Shown here piece by piece: positions 1 through 12,307 of a stretch of 64,000 nt of DNA. The stretch comes from Eledone cirrhosa (Eukaryota): NCBI GenBank assembly GCA_964016885.1, contig OZ024741.1, positions 366,792,001 through 366,856,000 of the forward strand, written 5' to 3'. The translations under genes were made by a program, and so were the position numbers. The notes beneath the pieces were generated by a model. It saw only the letters and a list, made by a program, of their open reading frames with translations, was not told the origin of the DNA and ran no database searches. The stretch's first letter is position 1, and each line of letters begins with the position of its first letter.

Positions 1-40
1 TGGTACTCATTTTCAATTGAATATACTGGTGGAACGTGAA

Positions 41-1200
41 ATAATAATAATAGTAATGAAATTATTGTGTACAGTGCTCAGGTGCACCACAACTCATCAA
101 AGGTGCATGTGTAGTATATAGAATAATGTACAAATATCAGGAAAGTGAACAATGTATGAGTCATAATATACTTGTGTGCGTGTGTATGGAGGGGGAATAT
201 CAGGTGTAGTGTTGGCGAATTTCAGTAAAGCATGGAGGTTTTAAAGGATGCAATATCCCGGCAGATAACAACTGATGCAAGTAATTTGTTCCATGCTTCA
301 GCAACTCTGAGCGTGAAAAAATGGTGGTGGAGATGGTACGTTTTGGTTTTCAACAGTAAAAATGCCTGCATAGCATTCATCAATGAGTTCTGCGCATTCT
401 TTGGGATGGTCATTAATCTGGCTTGTGTGGGGATTGGGAAGAGGACCAACTGGAGAGTGAGGTCTCTGCTTTGAATGTACATATTTCCAGAACACTTTAC
501 TGTCAGGGTTGGTTGCTATGCGCTGTTCAAATTGAAAGACTGCCTTTTTTGTCACCTCCGAGATGGTTGGATGATTTATTGCGTTTTTTTTTCTGTTGCT
601 ATCTGATTTATGCAGTTTGTATTCTCGTTCAGCATTACAATGTTCTTTCCTGGCAAGTCGGATTGCTGCAGTCTCCCAAATTGCACTTTTGATGTGTTTT
701 TTTTTTGTGCTTACGTGGTACTAATGCTGCATATGCTGACCATATTGAGTTCAGGATGTTCTGAGATATAGTGTTCACATCTCCATGGTTGTAAAATTCA
801 AGCCAGTTTGGGCGTTGTAGCTCGGTGCAGTAAGAGTTCTAGTCTGCTTTATTCCAGTCAAAGCGAACAGTTTGGATATGGTTGTGGTTTTTGTTACTGC
901 CCATAAGAGACAGATTGGCAATGATCATAGCATGAACAGACTCACCTAAAGGTTCCTTAGTAGTGACACTAATAACTGTTTCAGGAGTAGTGGTAAAGAG
1001 TAGATCTAAAGTGTTGTCACCTCTTGTTGGGGAAGTGACTACTTGGCACCAGTTCGAGTCCAGTACTAGCTCCAGGAAATCATTTGCACTTTGCAGCCAA
1101 CGAAAAGTTTCCCAATCAATCTCAGGGCGGTTAAAGTCGCCTGCAATAAGTGGCTGTTTTCCTGGCAGCAGCTCTGAAGATATCACAAAGCTGTGTGTCT
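41..1200 (-). mobile_element. CR1-clade LINE, internally deleted (APE endonuclease/linker fused to ORF2 C-terminus, 3' UTR, (TTA)n tail)
   Basis: Minus-strand peptides IAGDFNRPEIDW..QVVTSPTRGDNTLDLLFT (APE motifs), KVFWKYVHSKQ and FFTLRVAEAWNKL (CR1 C-terminus). 47-322 matches the CR1 3' end at 18317-18599. Confidence 0.85.
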
Positions 1201-1313
1201 TGATTGTAATGGGGGGGGGGGGGGGTAAACAACTCCAAATAGAAGTGTTGACATGGTCATATGTATGTCGCAGAAAAATACTTCTTGTTGTGATCGGTTC
1301 AAATCAACGCAAA

Positions 1314-1405
1314 GAATGAAGTGTTTTGCTCAAGAACACAACACACAACCCAGTCCAGGAATCGAACTCACGACGTTATGGTCGTAAGTCCAACACCCTT
1401 ACCAT
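1314..1405 (-). mobile_element. tRNA-derived CORE-type SINE head; its remainder (1-44) is separated by the CR1 insertion
   Basis: gaatgaagtgttttgctcaagaacacaac..aatcgaactc (reverse B box) continues ..actggtggaacgtgaaat at 26-42, as in intact copies such as 36140-36267. Confidence 0.7.
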
Positions 1406-2079
1406 ACAACCGGTTAAAAATAAGAAGAACGGGGGAAAATCTAATTTACTCTGGCAGCATGAGTACTTCCATTGAAGGTGCTACGAACTCAACGTTTTTC
1501 TTTTTGTTTGTTTATTTGTTTGTTTGTTAATTTGTTTTTTGTTACTGTTCAGTGCTATTTTCTATTGTAAATTTGAAACCTAAGCTAGAAAAACATTTCA
1601 ATAACAAACACGGTGACAAAGCAACTGGAAATAACATTGAATCATTAAAGATGACGTCGTCTGCTTTTTTTTTTAATCAAAGTGGAACTCTACAACAGTT
1701 GGGATTTGTACCAATGGAGAAACCTCAGTTTCTGTTCCAACCACAATCACAGCATCAGAAGGGATTAATTGGAAACGTGTGCAATAGACATTGTTAGAAC
1801 TGTTCTGGGTAAAGATGTTGACAAAAGGTGCAGTTGGTAGCCACATCATATGAGACAGGATTGTCAACTAGAAGCATGTAATTGATAACAGGAAGAAAAT
1901 AATAACTGCAAACAAAAGTATAATGTAATTGATTTTATGATGTAAGGGGGTGCGTAAGAGATTTCAATATTTCAGACAGTGGTCTTTTGTTAATAAAAAG
2001 CAGTAGAAGGAAAAGTGGAGAAGAAATTTACGTGCTTAATGTATAAAGGATAAAGAATAAAGATCCCATAACCCCTTGT

Positions 2080-2312
2080 AGAGTCGTAGAGGCACCGTCA
2101 AACGGCGTGTCTACGGCACATTTAAACGTGGCAGAGCCCAACCCTCTCCAGCGAATCTTTTTTCTATAGAGGAAGAATAAACCCCAGTACTGGTCTGGTA
2201 CTTTTTTTTATGGACCACAAAAGGATGAAAGGCAAAATTCACTATGGTGGGATTTGAACTCAGAGCGCACAATGAGGTGGGACGAATACCGTAAAGCAAT
2301 CTATCCGCCGTA
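2080..2312 (-). mobile_element. SINE (related copies at ~33945-34172 and ~53100-53330)
   Basis: Shared gaggaagaat..accccagtac..ctggtac..ggatgaaaggcaaa..gatttgaactcag motif set. Confidence 0.7.
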
Positions 2313-2322
2313 TACCCTGTGA

Positions 2323-3420
2323 AACTATTACTACACTTGGATGCATCAACAGATGTTTCTAATAGTAAATAACTGATTGCTGTCATCAATTATGTGAAGG
2401 ATGGACACCTGAAAGAAGACATTTACTTCGCTGTAAATAACAAGCAAACTGCAAGATGCATCCAGCCTGGTAAACGAACTTTCGTCGGACATAAATATAT
2501 CCAAAATTATCATTGCCGATTGGACTGGTAGTCCATCCGCTGTGTTGTGGAATCGATCTGCTCTTGTGAGAAGGAAGATTGCTCACCTGCATATTACACA
2601 CTGTTTTCTCTGCCGATGTGAATTACTTGTGAAAACCTTGCTTCGGAACGCGCAGGAAATTTTGACGATTTGCGTAAGAATTGTGAATTCAATTAGAGAC
2701 CACTGAATCCCCATCCATTTGAAACATTTTACGGATACGGAGTTCTGCGTTACCACACGTAGATACTATGGTTATTGTGAGGACGAGTTTTGGCTCGTGT
2801 GTTTCATGAAAAGACATCGAATCTTTCTTAAAAGAACAAATATTTGACCTGTTGACATATTTTTCAGAAATATTCATTCGATCGAACGAATTGAATATTT
2901 CACTTCAAAGAAATAATACGAATTTAGTTGTTGTATGTGACGGCAATCTGGCCACTTCAAAGAGAATATTCCGATACGAACGACTAATATTAAAATGGGA
3001 AATTTGGCTTGTTTCCCGTCGTTGGAAGATGTTGACGAAGATGGATCAAACGTTTCTAACGCAATAAAGCAGCCGTCTTAAAATGTCGAATGCTTATGAT
3101 GCTTACTTTTCTATTAGAGATTTGTTCGCCAGAGAGCGCTAAATAAGGAATCCATTTCGCTTCAAAAGTAATGGTATGTCTGACAAAGATATTTTGAAAA
3201 AAGAAATAAAAAATAATCAAACATCAGAAATTGTTTTTAAAGTAAAATCACTAAAAAACGTTGGGACTTCACGGATCCAAACATTTCCAAGTCATGCAAA
3301 AACAAACAAAAACAAAACTTGAAGTAGTTCTTCTCTTTGAGACATACTTTGTGAAGAAAAGTTTTCATCCTTCTACGTTCTTCTAATCATTGTTTCCACT
3401 TATAGCAACAATCGAAACAT
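2323..3420 (+). pseudogene. Degenerate hAT-Charlie/Buster (ZBED5/ZBED8-like) transposase
   Basis: Hand translation gives LHLDASTDVSNSK*LIAVINYVKDGHLKEDIYF, ITHCFLCRCELLVKTL, VLRYHT*ILWLL*GRVLARVF, LTYFSEIFIRSNELNISLQ and LCEEKFS. These are colinear with the Charlie motifs LDESTDVS, THCFLHR, YHTEVRWLSRG, LAYLADIF..LNELN.SLQ and YLCE.GFS. Confidence 0.8.
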
Positions 3421-3822
3421 CATGAACATATTATGAACACATTGTAATTTGGTATCTGAGAATGGTATTCCTCACTTTTTTAGGCCAATTACTTCCCATG
3501 AGAGACCAACATGCCCAGGGAAGTGGTATACTGTAGTAACTCCTGACAGAAGTATCACTGCTTTTCCAATGACAAAAGGCGAGATTTGCACTCAGAATTC
3601 TCACATTTTCTGTACCTCTCTCTTTCTACGTCTCCTACAACCACGGTGAGTGGAATCAGCTTTCTTGCTTTCCTCCTCAAGTAAACGTGCTACACATTCA
3701 TCACCTCTGAGGCTCTCCCCATACCGAAATCTCTGTATCTTTGCAGAACGGCCCCTTCCAGTGCCATTGTTGCCAGAGAAACGCGGTTGTAGGCACTGTA
3801 GAAAGAAGTTCATTATGTTTAT

Positions 3823-6800
3823 GGTGTGGTTGGTGTTGTTGATGGATAGGTGTTAGAACAGGTGTAGTTGGGGTTGTTGATGGAGGGGTTGGAACAGGTG
3901 TGGTTGGTGTTGTTGATGGAGGTGTTGGAACAGTTGTGGTTGGGGTTGTTGATGGAGGTGTTGGAACAGGTGTGGTTGGGGTTGTAGATGGAGGTGTTGG
4001 AACAGGTGTGGTTGGGGTTGATGATGGAGGTGTTGGAACAGGTGTGGTTGGGGTTGTTGATGGAGGTGTTGGAACAGGTGTGATTGGGGTTGTTGATGGA
4101 AGTGTTGGAACAGGTGTGGTTGGGGTTGTTGATGGAAGTGTTGGAACAGGTGTGGTTGGGGTTGTTGATGGAAGTGTTGGAATAGGTGTGGTTGGTGTTG
4201 TTGATGGAGGTGTTGGAACAGGTGTGGTTGGTGTTGTTGATGGAGGTGTTGAAACAGGTGTGGTTGGTGTTGTTGATGGAGGTGTTGGAACAGGTGTGGT
4301 TGGTGTTGTTGATGGAGGTTTTGGAACAGGTGTGGTTGGTGTTGTTGATGGAGGTGTTGGAATAGGTGTCGTTGGTGTTGTTGATGGAGGTGTTGGAACA
4401 GGTGTGGTTGGGGTTGTTGATGGAGATGTTGGAACAGGTGTGATTGGGGTTGTTGATGGAAGTGTTGGAACAGGTGTGGTTGGGGTTGTTGATGGAAGTG
4501 TTGGAACAGGTGTGGTTGGTGTTGTTGATGGAAGTGTTGGAACAGGTGTGGTTGGTGTTGTTGATGGAGGTGTTGGAACAGGTGTGGTTGGTGTTGTTGA
4601 TGGAGGTGTTGGAACAGGTGTGGTTGGTGTTGTTGATGGAGGTTTTGGAACAGGTGTGGTTGGTGTTGTTGATGGAGGTGTTGGAATAGGTGTCGTTGGT
4701 GTTGTTGATGGAGGTGTTGGAACAGGTGTGGTTGGGGTTGTTGATGGAGATGTTGGAACAGGTGTGGTTGGGGTTGTTGATGGAGGTGTTGGAACAGGTG
4801 TGGTTGGTGTTGTTGATGGAGGTGGTGGAACAGGTGTGGTTGGGGTTGTTGATGGAGATGTTGGAACAGGTGTGGTTGGGGTTGTTGATGGAGGTGTTGG
4901 AACAGGTGTGGTTGGGGTTGTTGATGGAGGTGTTGGAACAGGTGTGGTTGGTGTTGTTGATGGAGGTGTTGGAATAGGTGTCGTTGGTGTTGTTGATGGA
5001 GGTGTTGGAACAGGTGTGGTTGGGGTTGTTGATGGAGGTGTTGGAACAGGTGTGGTTGGTGTTGTTGATGGAGGTGTTGGAACAGGTGTGGTTGGGGTTG
5101 TTGATGGAGGTGTTGGAACAGGTGTGGTTGGGGTTGTTGATGGAGGTGTTGGAACAGGTGTGGTTGGTGTTGTTGATGGAGGTGTTGGAACAGGTGTGGT
5201 TGGGGTTGTTGATGGAGGTGTTGGAACCGGTGTGGTTGGTGTTTTTGATGGAGGTGTTGGAACAGGTGTGGTTGGGGTTGTTGATGGAGGTGTTGGAACA
5301 GGTGTGGTGGGTGTTGTTGATGGAGGTGTTGGAACAGGTGTGGTTGGTGTTGTTGATGGAGGTGTTGGAACAGGTGTGGTTGGGGTTGTTGATGGAGGTG
5401 TTGGAACAGGTGTGGTTGGGGTTGTTGATGGAGGTGTTGGAACAGGTGTGGTTGGTGTTGTTGATGGAGGTGTTGGAACAGGTGTGGTTGGTGTTGTTGA
5501 TGGAGGTGTTGGAATAGGTGTGGTGGGTGTTGTTGATGGAGGTGTTGGAACAGGTGTGGTTGGTGTTGTTGATGGAGGTGTTGGAATAGGTGTGGTGGGT
5601 GTTGTTGATGGAGGTGTTGGAACAGGTGTGGTTGGTGTTGTTGATGGAGGTGTTGGAACAGGTGTGGTTGGTGTTGTTGATGGAGGTGTTGGAATAGGTG
5701 TGGTGGGTGTTGTTGATGGTGGTGTTGGAACAGGTGTGGTTGGTGTTGTTGATGGAGGTGTTGGAACAGGTGTGGTTGGGGTTGTTGATGGAGGTGTTGG
5801 AACAGGTGTGGTTGGGGTTGTTGATGGAGGTGTTGGAACAGGTGTGGTGGGTGTTGTTGATGGAGGTGTTGGAACAGGTGTGGTTGGTGTAGTTGATGGA
5901 GGTGTTGGAACAGGTGTGGTTGGTGTTGTTGATGGAGGTGTTGGAATAGGTGTGGTGGGTGTTGTTGATGGAAGTGTTGGAACAGGTGTGGTTGGTGTTG
6001 TTGATGGAGGTGTTGGAACAGGTGTGGTTGGTGTTGTTGATGGAGGTGTTGGAACAGGTGTGGTTGGGGTTGTTGATGGGGGTGTTGGAACAGGTGTGGT
6101 TGGTGTTGTTGATGGAGGTGTTGGAACAGGTGTGGTTGGTGTTGTTGATGGAGGTGTTGGAACAGGTGTGGTTGGTGTTGTTGATGGAGGTGTTGAAATA
6201 GGTGTGGTGGGTGTTGTTGATGGAGGTGTTGGAACAGGTGTGGTTGGTGTTGTTGATGGAGGTGTTGGAACAGGTGTGGTTGGTGTTGTTGATGGAGGTG
6301 TTGGAATAGGTGTGGTGGGTGTTGTTGATGGAGGTGTTGGAACAGGTGTGGTTGGTGTTGTTGATGGAGGTGTTGGAACAGGTGTGGTTGGTGTTGTTGA
6401 TGGAGGTGTTGGAACAGGTGTGGTTGGTGTTGTTGATGGAGGTGTTGGAACAGGTGTGGTTGGTGTTGTTGATGGAGGTGTTGGAATAGGTGTGGTGGGT
6501 GTTGTTGATGGAGGTGTTGGAACAGGTGTGGTTGGTGTTGTTGATGGAGGTGTTGGAACAGGTGTGGTTGGTGTTGTTGATGGAGGTGTTGGAATAGGTG
6601 TGGTGGGTGTTGTTGATGGAGGTGTTGGAACAGGTGTGGTTGGTGTTGTTGATGGAGGTGTTGGAACAGGTGTGGTTGGTGTTGTTGATGGAGGTGTTGG
6701 AACAGGTGTGGTTGGTGTTGTTGATGGAGGTGTTGGAACAGGTGTTGTTGGGGTTGTTGATGGAGGTGTTGGAACAGGTGTGGTTGGTGTTGTTGATGGA

Positions 6801-9800
6801 GGTGTTGGAACAGGTGTGGTTGGTGTTGTTGATGGAGGTGTTGGAATAGGTTTGGTTGGGGTTGTTGATGGAGGTGTTGGAACACGTGTGGTTGGTGTTG
6901 TTGATGGAGGTGTTGGAACAGGTGTGGTTGGTGTTGTTGATGGAGGTGTTGGAACAGGTGTGGTTGGGGTTGTTGATGGAGGTGTTGGAACAGGTGTGGT
7001 TGGTGTTGTTGATGGAGGTGTTGGAACAGGTGTGGTTGGTGTTGTTGATGGAGGTGTTGGAACAGGTGTGGTTGGTGTTGTTGATGGAGGTGTTGGAACA
7101 GGTGTGGTTGGTGTTGTTGATGGAGGTGTTGGAACAGGTGTGGTTGGTGTTGTTGATGGAGGTGTTGGAACAGGTGTGGTTGGTGTTGTTGATGGAGGTG
7201 TTGGAACAGGTGTGGTTGGTGTTGTTGATGGAGGTGTTGGAACAGGTGTGGTTGGTGTTGTTGATGGAGGTGTTGGAACAGGTGTGGTTGGTGTTGTTGA
7301 TGGAGGTGTTGGAATAGGTGTGGTTGGTGTTGTTGATGGAGGTGTTGGAACAGGTGTGGTTTGTGTTGTTGATGGAGGTGTTGGAACAGGTGTGGTTGGT
7401 GTTGTTGATGGAGGTGTTGGAACAGGTGTGGTTGGTGTTGTTGATGGAGGTGTTGGAACAGGTGTGGTTGGTGTTGTTGATGGAGGTGTTGGAATAGGTG
7501 TGGTTGGGGTTGTTGATGGAGGTGTTGGAACAGGTGTGGTTGGGGTTGTTGATGCAGGTGTTGGAACAGGTGTGGTTGGTGTTGTTGATGGAGGTGTTGG
7601 AACAGGTGTGGTTGGTGTTGTTGATTGAGGTGTTGGAACAGGTGTGGTTGGTGTTGTTGATGGAGGTGTTGCAACAGGTGTGGTTGGTGTTGTTGATGGA
7701 GGTGTTGGAACAGGTGTGGTTGGTGTTGTTGATGGAGGTGTTGGAACAGGTGTGGTTGGTGTTGTTGATGGAGGTGTTGCAACAGGTGTGGTTGGTGTTG
7801 TTGATGGAGGTGTTGGAATAGGTGTGGTTGGGGTTGTTGTTGGAGGTGTTGGAACAGGTGTGGTTGGTGTTGTTGATGGAGGTGTTGGAACAGGTGTGGT
7901 TGGTGTTGTTGATGGAGGTGTTGGAACAGGTGTGGTTGGTGTTGTTGATGGAGGTGTTGGAATAGGTGTGGTTGGTGTTGTTGATGGAGGTGTTGGAATA
8001 GGTGTGGTTGGTGTTGTTGGTGGAGGTGTTGGAACAGGTGTGGTTGGGGTTGTTGATGGAGGTGTTGGAACAGGTGTGGTTGGTGTTGTTGATGGAGGTT
8101 TTGGAACAGGTGTGGTTGGTGTTGTTGATGGAGGTGTTGCAACAGGTGTGGTTGGTGTTGTTGATGGAGGTGTTGGAACAGGTGTGGTTTGTGTTGTTGA
8201 TGGAGGTGTTGGAATAGGTGTGGTTGGTGTTGTTGATGGAGGTGCTGCAACAGGTGTGGTTGGGGTTGTTGATGGAGGTGTTGGAACAGGTGTGATTGGT
8301 GTTGTTGATGGAGGTGTTGGAATAGGTGTGGTTGGTGTTGTTGATGGAGGTGTTGGAACAGGTGTGGTTTGTGTTGTTGATGGAGGTGTTGGAACAGGTG
8401 TGGTTGGTGTTGTTGATGGAGGTGTTGGAACAGGTGTGATTGGTGTTGTTGATGGAGGTGTTGGAACAGGTGTGGTTGGTGTTGTTGATGGAGGTGTTGG
8501 AACAGGTGTGGTTGGTGTTGTTGATGGAGGTGTTGGAACAGGTGTGGTTTGTGTTGTTGATGGAGGTGTTGGAATAGGTGTGGTTGGTGTTGTTGATGGA
8601 GGTGTTGCAACAGGTGTGGTTGGGGTTGTTGATGGAGGTGTTGGAATAGGTGTGGTTGGTGTTGTTGATGGAGGTGTTGGAATAGGTGTGGTTGGTGTTG
8701 TTGATGGAGGTGTTGGAACAGGTGTGGTTGGTGTTGTTGATGGAGGTGTTGGAACAGGTGTGGTTGGTGTTGTTGATGGAGGTGTTGGAACAGGTGTGGT
8801 TTGTGTTGTTGATGGAGGTGTTGGAACAGGTGTGGTTGTTGTTGTTGATGGAGGTGTTGGAACAGGTGTGGTTGGTGTTGTTGATGGAGGTGTTGGAACA
8901 GGTGTGGTTTGTGTTGTTGATGGAGGTGTTGGAATAGGTGTGGTTGGTGTTGTTGATGGAGGTGTTGGAACAGGTGTGGTTGGTGTTGTTGATGGAGGTG
9001 TTGGAACAGGTGTGGTTGGTGTTGTTGATGGAGGTGTTGGAACAGGTGTGGTGGGTGTTGTTGATGGAGGTGTTGGAATAGGTGTGGTTGGTGTTGTTGA
9101 TGGAGGTGTTGGAACAGGTGTGGTTGGTGTTGTTGATGGAGGTGTTGGAACAGGTGTGGTTGGTGTTGTTGATGGAGGTGTTGGAACAGGTGTGGTTGGG
9201 GTTGTTGATGGAGGTGTTGGAATAGGTGTTGTTGGGGTTGTTGATGGAGGTGTTGGAACAGGTGTGGTGGGTGTTGTTGATGGAGGTGTTGGAACAGGTG
9301 TGGTTGGCGTTGTTGATGGAGGTGTTGGAACAGGTGTGGTTGGTGTTGTTGATGGAGGTGTTGGAACAGGTGTGGTTGGGGTTGTTGATGGAGGTGTTGG
9401 AACAGGTGTGGTGGGTGTTGTTGATGGAGGTGTTGGAATAGGTGTGGTTGGTGTTGTTGATGGAGGTGTTGGAACAGGTGTGGTTGGTGTTGTTGATGGA
9501 GGTGTTGGAACAGGTGTGGTTGGTGTTGTTGATGGAGGTGTTGGAACAGGTGTGGTTGGTGTTGGAGGTGTTGGAACAGGTGTGGTTGGTGTTGGAGGTA
9601 TTGGAACAGGTGTGGTTGGGGTTGTTGATGGAGGTGTTGGAACAGGTGTGGTTGGGGTTGTTGATGGAGGTGTTGGAACAGTTGTGGCTGATGTTGTTGA
9701 TGGAGGTGTTGGAACAGGTGTGGTTGGTGTTGTTGATGGAGGTGTTGGAACAGGTGTGGTTGGTGTTGTTGATGGAGGTGTTGGAACAGGTGTGGTTGGT

Positions 9801-10130
9801 GTTGGAGGTATTGGAACAGGTGTGGTTGGGGTTGTTGATGGAGGTGTTGGAACAGGTGTGGTTGGGGTTGTTGATGGAGGTGTTGGAACAGGTGTGGTTG
9901 GTGTTGTTGATGGAGGTGTTGGACCAGGTGTGGTTGGTGTTGTTGATGGAGGTGTTGGAACAGGTGTGGTTGGTGTTGGAGGTATTGGAACAGGTGTGGT
10001 TAGGGTTGTTGATGTAGGTTTTGGAACAAGTGTGGTTGGTGATGGAGGTATTGGAGCAGGTGTGGTTGGGGTTGTTGATGGAGGTGTTGGAACAGGTGTG
10101 GTTGATGTTGGAGCTGAGGGTGTTGGAACT
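3823..10130. repeat. 36-bp minisatellite GGTGTGGTTGGTGTTGTTGATGGAGGTGTTGGAACA, about 175 copies; minus frame reads PVPTPPSTTPTT
   Basis: Directly visible periodicity; some 30-bp variant units at 9540-10060. Confidence 0.97.
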
Positions 10131-10195
10131 TGAACTTGACCTTGGAGAGCTGGTGGAGCTATAAATGAAGACGGTTTCAATTCATGTCGTAGCAC

Positions 10196-11402
10196 AACAT
10201 CAGGGTTAAAGGTAAGATCTCACAGGCTTTAAACCCCGACGTGATTTGATCTGGTGTGAATACCTTGGCATACAGTTTTTTAGGAGGCCAGGGAAACATT
10301 TCTTTGATACAGCTCCATTATGTGTCCTGACATACTTGTGCAACAGTTGTTGCCAACACAGTTTAACAGGCTGGAAGACAGACTTGTCAAAAGGCTGCAG
10401 CAGATGCGCCAGATGGGCAGGCAGTCAGGGAACGAGTAAGTTGTTTTTACTTGGCTTCTTTGATCAGGGGAAGAGTCTTACTTTAGTAGTTTACATCATC
10501 AAATCTTTTTATTGTAAATAACACAAGCATTGTAAGGCCATTTTCCCCGGTATGATGAATATTATTTTACATTTGTATTGTAAATAAACACTTTATAAAT
10601 AGTATTTTGCTCCAGCATTTACTATCCATTTATTTGGTAAAAAGAAATTGCAAATAAGTACTGTTGGTCAGTGTCGAATGTGTTCATTTTCCTTCAGAAA
10701 TATTTTCTTAAACCAATCATGGAATGTGGGACACTCCATCCATCCCTTTTCACTTGTTGTGTAACAGGCTTTCTCTGGTTCACCCTGATGCAGATTATTT
10801 CCCTTGCAAACTATATATGGTGGTAACACCACACCTGCTGCAGACCCTCCACTAACCTGGTTAATATGCTTTGCACCTTTCCTGGCCAACACCAGGTCTG
10901 ATTTTGGGTCTGTGACGAAGCCACTTTCATCCACATTCAATATTTGTTCAGGCAAACTCTTCACTACTGTCTGTGAAAGTTCCTTGTCTAATAAATCAAA
11001 CCAGGCCCTCTCAACTTCAGGATCTGTGCACGGCTCCTTGCTGTTCTGTCTTGCGGGGAGCAATAGGTGGGTGATGTTGTAAAAATCAATCCTGGCTGGG
11101 TGATTGTTTGTGAAGCGAGTCTCCATATAATATGTACAAAAATCTACTAAAAGTTTCAAGTATTCCACGAGCTCCAACTCTTGATCAGGCGATAAAGTGC
11201 ATGTCCTTCCCACATGCGGATTAATCAGAATTTCTTCTCTAACTCTCCTCAGAAGAGACTTCTTACAAACACCAAAGTATTTGGCCACCTGAGTAGCAGA
11301 CATCTCCTTCTTCATTACTGAGTTGTCAGCATCAGTCATTTCCTGACTATTTGCATAGTTTTTCCTGCCACGCTCAGTCTTCTTCTTATAATGTTGTACC
11401 AT
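10196..11402 (-). pseudogene. DDE_1 (pogo/CENP-B-like) transposase, frameshifted
   Basis: MVQHYKKKT..SATQVAKYFGVCKKSLLRRV (psq-like HTH), ILNVDESGF, SAAGVVLPPYIV, KGWM, then LPAHLAHLLQPFDKSVFQPVK and SGFKACEI.PFNPD. It carries stops, two frameshifts and an AT-rich insert at ~10480-10650. Confidence 0.85.
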
Positions 11403-11876
11403 CTGAAGGGAAAAAATGGGGGGCATTAAGCACCATGCATTTTTGATTATTTCCACAATAAAAACTAAATAAACCAAGCAAGGAATGTTTCTTTGCTTGT
11501 AAAAGGTATAAATGTCTGGCAATCAAATTTTACCTGAGTGTTTGTGTGTTCTGATAGCTACAGACAACATTCTGACAAAAAGAAATCTCTTGAGAACATT
11601 AGGCACCAGACATATTCAAATGACATACATGTTAGGCTATAGAAAATTACCACCACCTCCCTCTAAAAAAATACCCATTTATATTTATACTATACCGGAA
11701 GAAAACAAATTTTCTGTTTATTTGTATCACCCAGTTTGGGGTCCTAAAAAATATTACCATGGTGGCCATTTTTTCTTTATCCCTAATTAGATCTAATTAG
11801 ACAAACACTACTCTTAACCATGTATTATTTATCTAAATAATATACCCAAGTACTCAAATAAGATATAAGAACTTAC
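11403..11876 (-). other. Putative 5'-UTR intron of the transposase gene
   Basis: Minus-strand donor AAG|GTAAGT at 11876; acceptor ttttttcccttcAG directly before the ATG at 11402. Confidence 0.5.
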
Positions 11877-12307
11877 CTTAGTACTTTAACAGACTTTTGA
11901 CGATTTATTTTAATCAGTAAACACTGAAATGGTGAAAACATCAGTTGTGGATATAACTGAACACCAAAGACAAAGAAGATCCGACACTTTATAATTATGC
12001 AATGAAGAGCTGCAGATTCAAATTATAGCAGAAACTGTAATACTCAATTTATTGGTTTTCATATAATTTCCTTTTCAAGAAAAACACATTCTGATTGGTT
12101 TTTGAGTCACCTGAAAACATGGCTGATGTACCAAGTATAGATATATTTATATTGTGGTGGAGCTTAATGCCACCTTGGGGTTTAATACACCCCATTTTCC
12201 CCCTATATATATATATATATGGAATACTCAACCACTTACAATACAAGATAGACTGTACTCTTAATTTAAAATACCTTTAGTTTAATATATGTATATATAA
12301 TATATAT

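Larger units (their letters stand above)
3440..12203 (-). mobile_element. pogo/Tigger/Fot1-like (HTH-psq + DDE_1) DNA transposon carrying a giant internal minisatellite
   Basis: Putative left terminus TA|GGGGGAAAATGGGG at 12203 next to a TA run. Transposase pieces at 11402-10200 and 3813-3450. No right TIR found. Confidence 0.7.

Noticed and set aside
1650-1910. Possible minus-strand exon after ttttgtttgcag; likewise a 60-nt AG..GT segment at 30897-30956 (+)
   Set aside because: No recognisable protein similarity, and splice-like motifs alone are insufficient.
3701-10195. Mucin-2-like 2164-aa gene, and the Q/H-rich and G/V-rich ORFs in other frames
   Set aside because: There is no signal peptide or mucin domain and the flanks are transposase. 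Only one codon of the unit (TCA) is a single step from a stop, so long open frames are expected without selection.
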